Shown here piece after piece: positions 52,293-64,000 of a stretch of DNA of 64,000 nt (position 1 is its first letter; every line of letters begins with the position of its first letter). The DNA lies in assembly GCF_009914755.1 (NCBI RefSeq), contig NC_060928.1, one strand, 5' to 3'. The notes under the pieces are model-generated. The model was not told the origin of the DNA. It did no database searches and was given only the letters and a program-made list of their open reading frames with translations. The translations under genes and the position numbers were made by a program. The DNA is from the human T2T-CHM13v2.0 reference genome, Homo sapiens.

Positions 52293-52992
52293 GTTTTAAC
52301 CTTATTGTAGACAATAAAACTGACACCCTTCTGAGGACCCAGAACCCACAAGCCTCCAGGAAGTTTGGGGTGAAAGAGGATAGATAGATTTTTGCATATT
52401 TATTACCATTTTTTGAAAATCAACCCCGAAACTTCATTGGACGTGGGTCTATGGTGTCTCTTTCTCAATGAAGAACATTATCCAATATGAATATCAATTT
52501 ATAGATCCCAAGGAAGCCTATGTCTAAATTCCACAAACTTTAAAGTTAAGGAAGTAAATGAGATGCCACCATTTTTTAAACTCAGGTTTTAAGTTCAGGT
52601 TAACAACTGAACAACTGGAAAATAGTCAACCTGCTTCACAGTTTAGACAATTAAGTTTATTAATTACACTCTAAACAATGTCATAAGATCATTTTTCCTT
52701 CAAGCCTCTGCGGAGTGGAAAACTTATCTGAGTTTGTTTTCTAGATCAGTAGACTCTTTGTTATGGTTTTATAGTGAGTGCCCATGGAGGAAGGAAAAGA
52801 TCCAAAAGGCAGACTTATGTAAGAAGGTATGTGACACCAGTTGCCAAAGACAGTCGGGATGTGGTTAGAACACACAGAAGGAAGCACAATTACAAGAAGA
52901 CTTTTTAAAAAATGCTATATCAATTAGGAAATCAAAGTTAAAAATAACACATTGCCCATTTTATTAAATCAAGCTCCAGCAAGTGAACATCA

Positions 52993-53169
<177 letters not shown>

Positions 53170-54438
53170 CTATTTACTTCAAATCCCTTTAGTTAACTCT
53201 AAGTTGCTAAAAGACAAAGTATTTTACCCCAGAAAGGTTGTGGATGCCTTCTTGTTAGTAGAGTGTGAAAGTGTCCCTGATAATGTTTCCTCCCCAAACA
53301 AAGTCTCAATTGTATTTGTTTTACGTGGACCTCTGAAAATCATAATGCTGCTTCAGTTCAAAACATGGCTCACTGTTTATGTTAATTATGGTAAATTCTT
53401 AACTCTACAAAGAAGCCTGCTAAAGGCTCTAACAACCAAGATTATAAAAAGGAAATAAAAGACCACTCTTCCCAGGGGTGGGGAAAACAAAGACCACTCT
53501 TCTTAAAATGGAAATGAATGATTCAAAGTTGGATGTCAAATTTTCTTCCATGTGCATGTTTTTTTGTGGGGCATACAGAAGGGGGGAAAGTAAAAGTATA
53601 TGAACATAATGCTACTGATATGACAAATCTCTAATGCACTAGAATGGCCCTATATGGAAAGAAACCAAGAATAACTACCGTCTCCTTAAAAAAATAACAA
53701 GTTGAACCCTCTCTCTTTTTTGAGAATTGTACACCGGGATGTCCAAATGTCAGACACTGAGGAGAAGAGACAAAAATAAACTTGTGCTTGTTGCCCCTTA
53801 AATATACAATATAGTGTTTTCACAGCATTTATTAATGCTGCCCCTATACTCTCACTTTTTTTTTAAATACACTACCTCCCTCCACCTGTCAGCACTTTAT
53901 TGAGTCAGAGGTCATTCTACTTAGGTAAAGAATGACTAACAGAAAACAAAGAGAGAAAAGCCACTGTTTATAGATTTTGAATTTTTCAAGTCTAGGCTCT
54001 TCAGAGAAGAAAGATTGAGTTATTAACAAAATATCTTGGAAAATGGGCCATGAACAGGAGTGAGATCTCACTACCACCACCCCTATTACCACCACTATCT
54101 AGAAAAAGATCCCCTGAGCTTTGGGGGGATCTTTTTCCCCCAAAAAGAGGAATGGGGGAAATAGAAGGGAAAGAAAAGGGGGGTACTAGACATTAGTAGA
54201 TCAGTGGGTTAGGGTCCTGTATCTTGTACCCTAAAGGGCTGCCCAAGTACTTTAGGAAAGAAGCTCCTACTCCCACATTAGGTTGGTGGGATTTAAAAGT
54301 GACACAGAACCAGTGCTCTTTTCCCCAGGTGGAGCCCTTGGAAAGGCAGAAAGATGCCAGTGAACAAATGGCTGTGGATGTGCCTAGGTAAATGAGATCT
54401 GAGATCACACCATGGAGTTTTGTAATCATAAAGAACGC

Positions 54439-54777
<339 letters not shown>

Positions 54778-55470
54778 CTACCTGTTTGAATGGCCAGCCA
54801 AAGACAAGACCGGAGGATGGTGGCTGCAATGATGCCATGCACACAGATAACAAAAGGACCAGTAAGCCACCTCCCTACCAGTACTATAGCCCCACGAGAC
54901 ACAAGAACTTGGACTTTGAAGCTTAGGGAAGCTAGAGAGAAACCCCAAATTCCCTGTGATTATATTTCTAGCACCACCCCAAAAAAGGATGCTCAAAATT
55001 TAAACTATATTGAGTTGTAGAAAAATATGGTTAAATTTTTCACACTCTTGAATTTTAGACTTAAAGTCAACTACTATACTTAATAATAGAAATGTTTGGT
55101 GAGGACACAGAAAAATCAGAGCTGAGCAAACAAATTTATTTCTTTTTCTTCCATAAACATATGTATATCAGGAATGCTTTTTTCTTCACGTTTCTCAGTG
55201 TATCAAGAAATTCCTTTTTTAATTTTAAGATATACCATAGTTTTGCTAAAAGATGAGAAGAATAGCCCACAGTAAACATTTACCTCACAGCTAAAATTGG
55301 TACATGTCCCAAAATTCAAAGTGGGTCAGTAGGCCATACAACCAGGCCTACAACCTAGGAAGATAAAAACACAGCCTGCAGCATCTTCAGTTTATCAGTA
55401 AACAAATGTAAGATTCCCTCTTATGAGTAAACAAACAAACAAAATACATATATATATACATAGCATGTAC

Positions 55471-55535
55471 CTTGTCATTCCAAAGTCTGAAATTTTTACT
55501 ATGCATGTTGAACTGACCAAACAATTCCTTGCCGC
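55471..55535 (-). CDS. TXK: TXK exon 12
   Basis: TTTCCATAG acceptor, GTACAT donor; encodes AARNCLVSSTCIVKISDFGMT(R), catalytic loop end and DFG. Confidence 0.96.
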
Positions 55536-55694
55536 CTATGGAAAGAAGAAAAGAATCCAAGTTTGAATACAAGCTTTTATTTCAAGAGTTTTTCCTCTCC
55601 TTTTCCTTAGGTTATTTGGACCCCACACTACCTCTCTGTGTGTAACGCCAAGTCATTTTTATGGTGATATCCATCAATGGTATAGATTCAATAG

Positions 55695-56019
<325 letters not shown>

Positions 56020-58132
56020 TGAAAGATGATACAACTATGAATCTTGGCATAAAAATAGTGTATTTTTTTTAACATCTTTATAGGAAAGCCCAAAATACAT
56101 AACAGATAAGGCATAGTCATTTTATATCTTTGGGATCTCTAATACGTAATAAAAATTAAGAAAATATATTTTAAAACATATCTCACTAAAGATAACTATT
56201 TACAGTGATAATTTCATATTAAAATTATCACAATGAACTGAATATAATGCTATGTAGAAACAATATGTCTGATGCCAAAGCAATTCATTTTCAGCAACTT
56301 AATCAAGAAAATCATTGATTTGATTATTTAGCCTCATGTAGGTAAACTAGATAAACTATTTGATAGAATTTTCCTCTTTTCAGCTAATTTGTGGTTCAAT
56401 TAGTCAAGCAACAAAAGCAAGAAACTTGAAATAATAAATCACAAGTAACCAGTTTAGAAGATGCCAGCAAGTCCTAGCAATGACCAAACCACAAGAAAAG
56501 TTTTTGACAGGGAAAAGACTCATTGTTCACGGACATATTTTAAGTAGCATATAGGGAGATAAAATAGAACACAAAAGAAAATGAGCAAACAAGAAAAAAA
56601 AAAACAGGAATAGGAGGACCTGTGAGAAGCCATTTAGAGCAAATAAAATGACCGGAACTTTCACCCAATTGTTATCCGGAAAGACAAACCTGCAGAGACT
56701 AGGAAAGTGAGCTAGGTGGAGTTTACACCATATTCATCCACTCAAAAATCTGCTCATTTCTCCTAGGTGCTGGATACGAGGGAATGTGACTTTAGGGATT
56801 TTTTTTTTAATGATCTATCTCTGTAATAGCAATAGTTAGCACTGCTGAGCTCCTCTACATGCTAGACACTGTTTATTAATTCATGTAATTCTCCCAACAA
56901 ACCCATATGAGGAAGGTGCTATAATTAATACCATTTTACTGGTTAACTAGCTTGCCCAAGGTCTCACAGCTAGTAAAAAACAGAGACAATATTTCAACCC
57001 AGCTAGCCTGGCTCTAGAGCAGTTATTCTCAACCTCAACTTCACATGAGGCTCATCAGGGGAATTTTCAAAAAATATTGATGCCTGGGTTTCAGCCACAG
57101 AGATTCTGATTTAATTGGTCTGGGGTACGGCCTGGCTATTGCGATTTTTCTAAAAGCTTCCAAGTAATTGTAATGCGCACCAAAGTCTGAAGTTTGAGAA
57201 TGACTGTTTGCAACCTGTGTTCTTAATCACTGCGTGGCATCTCAGATATCTAGGCCTTGATCTCAAAGACTCTAAGTCTCATAAGATAGACTCTAGTATT
57301 TGTGTAAATGACGTAAATAATTAACTATTGGGTGAAGCAGTAAATAGCAAATGACCTGAGTGTTCCAAGCCATGGGTGGGATAAGCATACTTCCCAAGGT
57401 GTGCTGGGGCCAATGTAATTATGCTCCCTTTTTCTCCCCAAAATACTGCAGCCTGAACAGTGAGTAATATGATCACTTTGATCATGTGTGATGGAAGCAC
57501 AGAATTACTTCCAAGGGGCGATATCAGGGATTTCTCATAGACTTCTCCAATTCTCATTTGAGTTAATTTTTAGATTTAGAAATGAGACATGGACGAACAT
57601 AAGGACATCAAGGGAATAGTGTGAATATCACGAATAAATGTGGAATGAACAGAAAGTGTTACTCAAGGGGAGGTAGCAATGCAGGGAAGCAGTGCTCTTA
57701 GCATATCGTTTGGGGCAAGACAATCATTTATTTAAATAGGAATGTTCTGAGCATTACAGAAAAAAATAATTTAGCATTCCTAGTCTCTTCAATAATGCCA
57801 GTAGTGCTCTTGAAATCCTGTTAGGACCAAACAACCTCCACATCAGGAGCAGTTATGCCCCTAGGTGACATTCTTTATATAAAGTGGAGACTAAAACTGG
57901 AACTTGTTCTTCACTGTTGTATCTCCAGTGCTTAGCAGAATGCTTGGCATATACTAGGCACTTGATACATGTTTGATTATGGGTTGAAAGAGAGAAAGGT
58001 GGAAGGAAAGAAAGAAGAAGGAAGAGAAGGAAGAAGGGAGAATGGAAAGGAAAGGAAATCAGTTTTAGTCACATGATAGGTTAGGTGGTTAATTAGTTCA
58101 AGGCATATTTAGAGTAAAGCCTTACTTGGCTA

Positions 58133-58808
58133 TGAAATCTCCTTTGCAAAATTATGACTGAGAACCTAACTGACTCCATCTTGCTTCTAACCTCCAAGCT
58201 GTCCTTGTTCATTCCTGGGCGTAGGCTAAACTAACTTTGGGAGGAATTTATAGTTTATAGTTTAAAACGAAGATGATAACAGCCCTTTCCCAAAACAAAC
58301 CTCCCTCTTGCCTGGGGACTAGACTTCCTTTGTAGGACAGACAAATTAGCCACAAGATTAGAAATTATGGTTTAGGAGTCAGACAGCTGGAGGCTACAAG
58401 ATTCTGATTCTCCTTAAACTGCTCCTAAGATCAGTGCTTGAGATATTTTGCAGACCCTGCACTTGATGGATCAGCTGGCACCACCCAGATCGATTAACTG
58501 GCTCACCTGATCTTCTGGCCCCCACCCAGGAACTGACTCAGCATGAGGACAGCTTCAACTTCCAATGGTTTCATCTCCTACCTAACCAATCAGCTCTCCT
58601 GGCTTACTGGCTTCCCCCCACCCACCAAGTTGTCCTTAAAAACTCTGGTCCCCATATGCTCGGGGAGACTGATATGAGTAATAATAAAACTCCAGTCTCC
58701 TGCACAGCCGGTTCTGTGTGAATTACTCTTTCTCTATCACAATTCCTCTGTCCTGATAAATCGGCTCTGTCTAGGCAGCAGGCAAGGTGAACCCATTCGG
58801 CCTTTACA
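58133..58808 (+). mobile_element. Solo LTR8-family ERV1 LTR in TXK intron 11, antisense to TXK
   Basis: TG...CA termini with perfect 4-bp TSD GCTA; internal AATAAA; homologous to 20837-21562. Confidence 0.85.
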
Positions 58809-58986
58809 GCTACAGCATCAATGGACAATTGAAAACAAAGTTACATTTTACAACAAATTGCATGAATAGGTAAATGTTTAAAAATTAAATCAAGGACACA
58901 TTATTCAAAGTATTGAAAGTAATTGTCACATCCTTCTGAATATAGGTATGATACAAAAAAAAAAAGTAAATTTGCACCATACTTAC

Positions 58987-59203
58987 CAAATCCCTATGAA
59001 TATAGCCATTCCTCTCCAGATATTCCATTCCTTCACATATATCCTGGCATACACTCAGTAGCATTTCCTTCCTAAGCTTTCCTTTATTCTCCCTGAGATA
59101 GTTAAGCAGGCAGCCATTTTCCATGAACTCTGTCACAATGTAAAGGGGCTTCCGCTGTATACAGACTCCATAAAGTTGCACTAGCTTTGAATGAGATAAT
59201 TTC
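58987..59203 (-). CDS. TXK: TXK exon 11
   Basis: TTCTTCACCAG acceptor, GTAAGT donor; encodes [14 protein letters not shown]...[14 protein letters not shown]...YIHRDL, including the gatekeeper Thr and Tec-family front-pocket Cys. Confidence 0.97.
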
Positions 59204-59736
59204 CTGGTGAAGAAAAACATACACCAGTGAGCAGAATTGTGTTTGCATTTTTAAATGTTTGAACACAACTGGTAGTATTTACCATCTATTTATCACTCTC
59301 ATTATCAAGATAAGATAAAAATCAACCCAAACACAGAGGAAGTAGTTCAGTTTCCTTGCCACTTAATGCACTGAGAATGTGGGGTCAAGAGTTTAAGTGG
59401 TAATGCCAGAGGCAGAGTGGAGACAGAATATGCACTATATTCTACGCGTAAGCATTTTATGTTTCTCCTCTTCATTTTATAATCCTTTTGTTTCTTCATC
59501 ACTGTTTATCCTTGCTAGGTCAAGCAGATTTCCTTTCCTGTTCCTTGAATTCCAACTTTCTTACCTGCAGCTGTCCAGATGAAAAATTCTGGACAGACAA
59601 GAGGGAGGAAAGAGTGACTAAAAGAGAAAACAAAAATTAAATTCTAAAGCATGAAGTTCTTTAAAAGGAAAATTGTAGATAAAGTTGGAAACTAAAAAAC
59701 ATTTACCAACATGAAAACTTGCAGTGTATTTGGTAA

Positions 59737-59737
<1 letters not shown>

Positions 59738-59779
<42 letters not shown>
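59738..59779. repeat. (CA)21 microsatellite
   Basis: Perfect dinucleotide run. Confidence 0.97.
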
Positions 59780-59781
<2 letters not shown>

Positions 59782-61240
59782 GACTTGAATGTTGCCTATT
59801 AAAATATACCCAGAACTTTTTAGTTATCTAGACTTCAAAAGTTTATTGGTTTTGTGTGCGTGTGTGTGTAATACTATATTCAATCTCTAAAAGCCTTTTA
59901 TGCCAACTAGTCATCATGGAAAATAATATTCAAATTAATGCTTATAATTTTAGAAGATGTACCTTGTGTCAAATGCATCTTGAAAAGTTATTGCTTCTTT
60001 TCATTCTTTTCATTCATAAAGGTAAAATAAAATCAGTGACTTGGGAAGACTGTGTACCTTAACACAATGTATATGAACAATTTTTGACTCATTACCATAA
60101 AATTAGCTTGTGAAAACACTCCAGTTAATGTGGAAGAGAGGCATTCAGAGAACTTAACATTATCTTAATTTGGAGATATATATATATTATATATATTTTG
60201 TCTGATTTACTTTTTGAATTCATAAAGTGTACTTTCAGTTAAGAGATGCAGTTTACATATATATAGAGTAAGTGCAGAAAAGCAAGTCTTGAGATGAAAT
60301 ACTAATTTGCCACAAGAAATCCACCAAGTTGATACCCACATGGAAGCATTTGAGAATTGAAATGTTACTGCATTTCCTTATCAAGATCACTGGTAAAAAT
60401 CTAACAGAAATAAGGCAAACCTTTATCAGAAATCAGGCAAAAACAAACTCTCGCATGTGATTCAGTCTAACAAATATGACAAATATTTCTCACAAGCATA
60501 GAAAGATGCAAATGGAAAATCTACATTCTTGTTTGTTATAACTCTAGGACTTCTTAATACACATTATTTCTCAGTTTAGAGAAGTATGTGGGATTCATCA
60601 TAGGGCAAACACACATTTAAATTTATTTAAATTTGTTATTTAAATATTTTCAGACCCTTTGCAGGCTTCTCCAGTTCTCCTTTTCTAATCATTCTCTTTC
60701 CCTAAGTAATCGCATTAAGTTTCAGGGTTTTAAATATCATCATATCATTTTGATCACTCTCAAGTTAATACCCTCCACTCTGACCTTTTTCCTGAACCCC
60801 AGACTCATATATTTACCTCAACACTTGATCACACCTAATAAATAACAGGCTTCTCAAATCCAACATGTCCAAAGCAGAATTCTTGATTTTTCCCCCTAAA
60901 CCCGTTTGGTCTTCCCCCATCTTTGTAAATGGTGCCATCCTTCGCCTGATATAATAATGTACACCAAAACCTCAGCATCATCTTTGTTCCTCTGGTTTCT
61001 TCCGACTACCTGCCACATTCAATTTATCAGCAAGTCTTGATGACTTTATCTCAAAAATGTATCCTGAAACAATTCTCCTCTTTCCATCTCTTGCCCTCTG
61101 ACATATATTAGTTTTCCAAGAGTGTATTGATAATTATGTTCATTAAGATCAGGGTTTTTGTGCCCAGATAGTTCACAGTTTTGATTTCAATTAGAAGCTC
61201 TAACAATGTTTTGTTGTGGGACTACAGGCAAATTACATAA

Positions 61241-62648
61241 TGTAAACCAAAAATAAAATTCTAAGCCCCTAACCATCTGAATGGACTCTTCCTCTTAGCC
61301 AAGGGCATTCTAAAATTAACCTGTAAAACTAGTTCAGGCCACGATGGGAAGAGGGAGTTGGACATGCCTCATAACCATTAACATCAACACAGACACTGAG
61401 ACTGATAGAACAGACTCTTTAAGTCTACTAAGAAACATTTACAATCTATTTTCCCTGAAACCTTCTACCTGGAAGTTTCATCTGCATAATAAACACAGAC
61501 CATCTGTATTGGTCTCCACAACTCTTTAGAGTAACCAAGACATTCCTTTCCATTGATTCAAGTTCTTTGGATAATAACTCAACCAATTGTCAATCAGAAA
61601 ATCTTTGAATCTGCCTATGACTTGGAAGCCCCCACTGATATGGACAGGAGACAGGGAAATACTGGGTAGAAGATGACAGTTTCCCCAGGAAAGTCCTCAC
61701 CCTCAAGCCTAGATACCTATGGCCTTAAGTGAGAACAGCCATTCCTGTTTTTGTGCCCCAAAAGTTGCTTTTTGGCCCACCACGCCCCCTATCCTGTACC
61801 CATACAAATCGCAAACTCCAGGTCCAGAAGCAGATGAGGAGATGAATAGACAAACAGCAGAATGGTACAGCAGAGAAGGGGAGGAAAGAAGGAACGTCAG
61901 GAGGAGTTCAGCTGGACCAGTCAGAGAATCGGCTGTTGGATGGCCAAACTCCAGGGGAAGATCATCTTCCTACCCCATCATCCCCTGTCCAGCTTCCCAT
62001 CCATCCTGCTGAGAGCCACCTCCAACAGTCAATAAAATCCCACATGCATCCTTCAAGTTTGTGTGTGACCTGATCTTCCAGGACACTGGACAAGAGCTTG
62101 AGATACAGAAAGCTGTCATACTGGCCCCCTGCCCTTGCAAAAAGGCAGAGGGTTCACTGAGCTGGTTAACCCTTAAGCCATCTGCGGATCACAAGGCTAA
62201 AAGAGCACACTACAACGCAGACCCACTTGGGCTTTGGGAGTTGCAGACACCCACCCCTAGATGCTGCTGTTGGGCTAGAGCCCAAAAGCACTCACCCTGA
62301 TTCCTGCACCTGCCCATCTGCATGCTCCCCATCCTGTAAAAGGTCATAGTGGCTGACCAGAGAGCCACACCTCTGTTGCATGTCCTGCAAGTGGGGGCCA
62401 GAAAACTTTCCTGTTTCACCACTCATGTTGTCCTGCCTTTCCAGACCAAACCAATGTACACCTTACATGGATGGATTGATGTCTTATGTCTTCCTAAAAT
62501 GTGTAAAACCATTTTTACATTTTGTAGGCCGATCACCTTGGGCACATATCATCAGGACCTCCTGAGGCTGTCATGGGCATGTCCTTAACCTTGGCCAAGT
62601 AAACTCTTAAATTAATTGAGACTTGTCTCAGAAACATTTTGGTTTATA
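61241..62648 (+). mobile_element. MER4-family solo LTR inserted in a MIR and itself interrupted
   Basis: TGTAAACCAAAA ... TTTTGGTTTATA termini, TSD ATAA; flanks rejoin into a MIR-core-like sequence. Confidence 0.75.
61636..62418 (+). mobile_element. MER50-like solo LTR nested in the MER4 LTR
   Basis: TGATATGGACAGGAGACAGGGAAATACTGGG ... CCTGTTTCA with perfect TSD CCAC. Confidence 0.78.
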
Positions 62649-63169
62649 ATAAGCCTTCTAAATGTTCTCTTTCTTACCTATAAAGTTGGGATCTTAATAG
62701 AAGCTACCACTTGGAGTTGTGGTGAGGATTCATTAATTCATTCAATAGTCCATAAATGTTTTTAAGCACCAACTACATGCTAGTCATCCTTTTAACACTC
62801 ACCAGGTTAAACAGGAGAAATAAATAAAGGTTATATTATTAGAGAGCTTGCATGCTAGTGGGAGAGAAATAAAACAACTACACATGAAGCTTCAGAGTAT
62901 GACAAGTACTTTGATGGAACTAACACAAGGCGATACAACAGAAAGCATTTGGCAGTGGGTATGCCAACTTAAACAGAGTAGTCAGAGGAGACCTCCTGAA
63001 AGAGGTAATATTTAAACCACACACAGAAAGGAGCTAATATGTGCAAAGCTATATATACTCGGTAGATAGTATGTCAATGCATGTCAACTATTTTAAAAAT
63101 AAATATATTTGCAATAGAATGTTAGAATGGAAGATTTTCTGCCTCACTTTTTTAGAAATCAGGGATTTG

Positions 63170-63430
63170 TGTGTGTGTGTGTATGACAGGGTCTCACTCT
63201 GTCACTCAGGCTGGAGTGCAGTGGTGCCATCATGGCTCACTCTAGCCTCAACTTGCTGAGCTCAATTGATCCTCCCACCTCAGCCTCTTGAGTAGCTGGG
63301 ACTACAAGTGCTCCCTACCATGCCTGGCTAGTTTTTTTGTTTTTTTTTTGTAGAGACAGGGTTTCGCCATGTTACCTAGGTTGGTTTCAAACTCCTAGGC
63401 TCAAGTGATCCTCCCATGTTAGCCTCCCAG
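63170..63430 (-). mobile_element. AluJ with (TG)n tail
   Basis: Alu body, slightly 5'-truncated. Confidence 0.85.
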
Positions 63431-63898
63431 AATGAATCAGGGGAAATATTGTCCTCAAAGATCCTGACCTCAAATGCCCCATCAGGCTTGTACCTTTCAA
63501 GAATTCTCTCATTATGACATTAAACATCTTCAATTCTTTCTTGTTTGATAGACAGTCAAACATGTTTTTAACTCTCCCTGAATAACTTGTCTCCCATTCA
63601 TTCTTTTTTTATTATGCCTATTTAATCCAACACAGGAATACAATTTTTGTCCTTTAGGTATAGAAAAACCACGGTAGGATGCAGATATCTACAGGAAGCA
63701 AAGGCAGATAGAGATAGGTGCCTGGGGCACCTAGGGACCCAAAAACATCATTGGGAAGCTGGTGTCACTGGGAAATTGTGTTTGTAACAACTTCCCTTGG
63801 AATTCGTTCTATTGTAAGTGAATGGAAAGGATATTTTGATAGGACCCTCAGGGTATGGGTTGAGAGCCCCAAGGGATATACTTGCTCTGCCTTCGAAA

Positions 63899-63998
63899 GA
63901 GAATGGGTCCAGTTAATCGAGAATGGGTCCAGTTAATCGAGAATGGGTCCAGTTAATCGAGAATGGGTCCAGTTAATCGAGAATGGGTCCAGTTAATC
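63899..63998. repeat. Perfect 20-bp minisatellite x5 (GAGAATGGGTCCAGTTAATC)
   Basis: Five identical units in TXK intron 10. Confidence 0.97.
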
Positions 63999-64000
63999 AC

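Noticed and set aside
54102-54140. Rho-independent terminator
   Set aside because: Looks like one, but this is a eukaryotic intron; kept only as a hairpin
63899-63998. CRISPR array
   Set aside because: No spacers between repeats, no cas genes, mammalian DNA

Overview
Primate (almost certainly human, 4p12) genomic DNA holding the convergent 3' ends of two genes. NIPAL1 (NIPA-family Mg2+ transporter, + strand) contributes five coding exons at 4133-15238 and a 3'UTR to about 19240. TXK (Tec-family tyrosine kinase, - strand) contributes its last five kinase-domain exons at 59203-46703 and a 3'UTR to about 45460. The ~26 kb between them contains a full-length 6.03-kb young LINE-1 (ACG/A type) in which ORF0, ORF1 and ORF2 each carry one inactivating lesion, plus an older truncated L1, solo LTRs and DNA-transposon MITEs. 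About 25 Alus are spread across the window. Structures not explained by ordinary annotation: (1) a ~1-kb non-Alu fold-back with ~330-bp arms starting 62 nt after the NIPAL1 exon-2 donor; (2) direct repeats bracketing the last coding exon of both genes, one copy in the last intron and one in the 3'UTR, ~1.05-1.1 kb apart; (3) a full-length piggyBac MITE (MER85) beside the branch point of the last TXK intron; (4) repeated use of single L1-endonuclease target sites; (5) a nested 72-bp palindrome and a perfect 20-bp x5 repeat. Repeat family names and exon numbers come from recall of consensus sequences and gene models, not from a database search. I see no prokaryotic-type system here; the fold-back is the best candidate for something undescribed.
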